32,000 nucleotides of DNA. It comes from Mycobacterium tuberculosis H37Rv (GTDB taxonomy: Bacteria > Actinomycetota > Actinomycetes > Mycobacteriales > Mycobacteriaceae). Positions 30,590 to 32,000 of the stretch are shown one piece after another (positions within the stretch are counted from its first letter, which is position 1; the number at the start of each line of letters is the position of its first letter). The position numbers were made by a program, and so were the translations under genes. Below the pieces are notes generated by a model. It was not told where the DNA came from. It ran no database searches and saw nothing but the letters and a program-made list of their open reading frames with translations. Location: the NCBI RefSeq assembly GCF_000195955.2, contig NC_000962.3, positions 1,800,001 to 1,832,000 on the forward strand. Reading direction: 5' to 3'.

Positions 30590-30609
30590 AACTGAAACGT
30601 GTTGCAGTT
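30590..30609. promoter_or_regulatory. KstR-like operator
   Basis: AACTGAAACGTGTTGCAGTT. The core TGAAACGTGTTGCA (30593-30606) fits TnnAACnnGTTnnA exactly and sits 28 bp upstream of the DUF35 gene start. Confidence 0.6.
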
Positions 30610-30664
30610 CTGCTGGCACCTGCGCCCGCATTCCACGTCAGCGTCGGTGCATAAAGTGTGAGCC

Positions 30665-32000
30665 GTGGTGACTACTGCCAGTGCCCCCAGCGAGGATCGA
30701 GCCAAGCCGACGCTGATGTTGCTGGATGGCAATTCGCTGGCGTTTCGGGCGTTCTACGCACTGCCCGCGGAGAACTTCAAGACCCGCGGCGGGCTGACCA
30801 CCAACGCCGTCTACGGCTTCACCGCCATGCTGATCAACCTGCTGCGCGATGAAGCCCCGACGCACATCGCGGCGGCTTTCGACGTGTCCCGGCAGACCTT
30901 CCGCTTGCAACGCTACCCGGAGTACAAGGCCAACCGATCGTCGACCCCCGACGAGTTCGCTGGCCAGATCGACATCACCAAAGAAGTGCTGGGCGCACTC
31001 GGCATCACCGTGCTCTCCGAGCCGGGGTTCGAGGCCGACGACCTCATCGCCACGCTGGCCACCCAGGCCGAGAACGAGGGCTACCGGGTGCTGGTGGTCA
31101 CCGGGGATCGTGACGCACTGCAACTGGTCAGTGACGATGTGACGGTGCTCTACCCCCGCAAGGGCGTCAGCGAACTTACGCGCTTCACACCGGAGGCCGT
31201 CGTCGAAAAGTACGGGCTCACCCCTAGGCAGTACCCGGACTTCGCCGCGCTGCGCGGCGACCCCAGCGATAACCTGCCCGGCATACCCGGGGTGGGGGAG
31301 AAGACCGCCGCCAAATGGATCGCCGAGTACGGCTCGCTGCGGTCACTGGTGGACAACGTTGACGCCGTGCGCGGCAAGGTGGGCGATGCGCTGCGGGCGA
31401 ACCTGGCCAGCGTGGTGCGCAACCGTGAGCTCACCGACCTGGTTCGCGACGTGCCGCTGGCCCAGACCCCGGACACGCTGCGGCTGCAGCCCTGGGATCG
31501 CGACCACATTCACCGGCTCTTCGACGACCTGGAGTTTCGGGTGTTGCGCGACCGGTTGTTCGACACGTTGGCCGCGGCCGGGGGACCCGAGGTCGACGAG
31601 GGGTTCGACGTGCGCGGCGGCGCGTTGGCGCCCGGCACGGTTAGGCAATGGTTGGCCGAGCACGCCGGCGACGGGCGCCGAGCGGGCCTGACGGTGGTGG
31701 GTACCCATCTGCCGCACGGTGGGGACGCTACCGCTATGGCCGTCGCCGCCGCCGACGGCGAAGGCGCTTACCTCGATACCGCGACGCTGACGCCCGACGA
31801 CGACGCCGCGTTGGCGGCCTGGCTAGCGGATCCAGCTAAACCCAAAGCCTTGCATGAGGCAAAGGCGGCCGTTCATGACCTGGCGGGTCGTGGTTGGACC
31901 TTGGAGGGCGTCACCTCCGACACCGCACTGGCGGCCTACCTGGTGCGGCCGGGGCAGCGCAGCTTCACCCTCGACGACCTCTCGCTGCGCTATCTGCGTC
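30665..32000 (+). CDS. polA: DNA polymerase I, 3'-truncated by the window edge
   Basis: GTG at 30665: MVTTASAPSEDRAKPTLMLLDGNSLAFRAFYALPAENFKTRGGLTTNAVYGF, then ATHIAAAFDVSRQTFRLQRYPEYKANR (5' nuclease domain). No stop before 32000, which explains its absence from the ORF track. Confidence 0.95.
   Translation, partial: MVTTASAPSEDRAKPTLMLLDGNSLAFRAFYALPAENFKTRGGLTTNAVYGFTAMLINLLRDEAPTHIAAAFDVSRQTFRLQRYPEYKANRSSTPDEFAGQIDITKEVLGALGITVLSEPGFEADDLIATLATQAENEGYRVLVVTGDRDALQLVSDDVTVLYPRKGVSELTRFTPEAVVEKYGLTPRQYPDFAALRGDPSDNLPGIPGVGEKTAAKWIAEYGSLRSLVDNVDAVRGKVGDALRANLASVVRNRELTDLVRDVPLAQTPDTLRLQPWDRDHIHRLFDDLEFRVLRDRLFDTLAAAGGPEVDEGFDVRGGALAPGTVRQWLAEHAGDGRRAGLTVVGTHLPHGGDATAMAVAAADGEGAYLDTATLTPDDDAALAAWLADPAKPKALHEAKAAVHDLAGRGWTLEGVTSDTALAAYLVRPGQRSFTLDDLSLRYLR

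Noticed and set aside
30849-31142. Small plus-strand ORF and neighbouring short ORFs in the last 1.3 kb
   Set aside because: They lie in alternative frames of polA, whose real frame is open to the window edge and therefore missing from the supplied track.

Overview
This window is an ordinary core-chromosome segment of a Mycobacterium tuberculosis-complex genome. I recognise the gene order and proteins as the Rv1599-Rv1629 region of H37Rv, from knowledge rather than a database search. Left to right it contains: the his operon (hisD partial, hisC, hisB, hisH, hisA/priA, an inositol-monophosphatase-like gene, hisF, hisI); a Ca2+/H+ antiporter (chaA); a Bcp-type peroxiredoxin (bcpB); the trp-lgt cluster (trpE, a membrane gene, trpC, trpB, trpA, lgt); a long intergenic region; TM2 and DUF2752 small membrane proteins; pykA; tesB1; a large membrane/acyltransferase-like protein; the cytochrome bd cluster on the minus strand (cydA-cydB-cydD-cydC); an HdeD/DUF308-like membrane protein; a class III adenylate cyclase; a tRNA with a CAA anticodon; an ANTAR response regulator (pdtaR); a thiolase-like/DUF35 pair; and the 5' part of polA, which runs off the window. 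I found no mobile element, CRISPR array or defence system, and no convincing new multigene system. The items most worth a second look are non-coding: a perfect 28-bp inverted repeat with a 4-nt loop filling the gap between two convergent genes; a class I-shaped tRNA with a leucine (CAA) anticodon; a KstR-like operator between the DUF35 gene and polA; a triple-hairpin structured region between bcpB and trpE; and a roughly 675-bp non-coding stretch after lgt.
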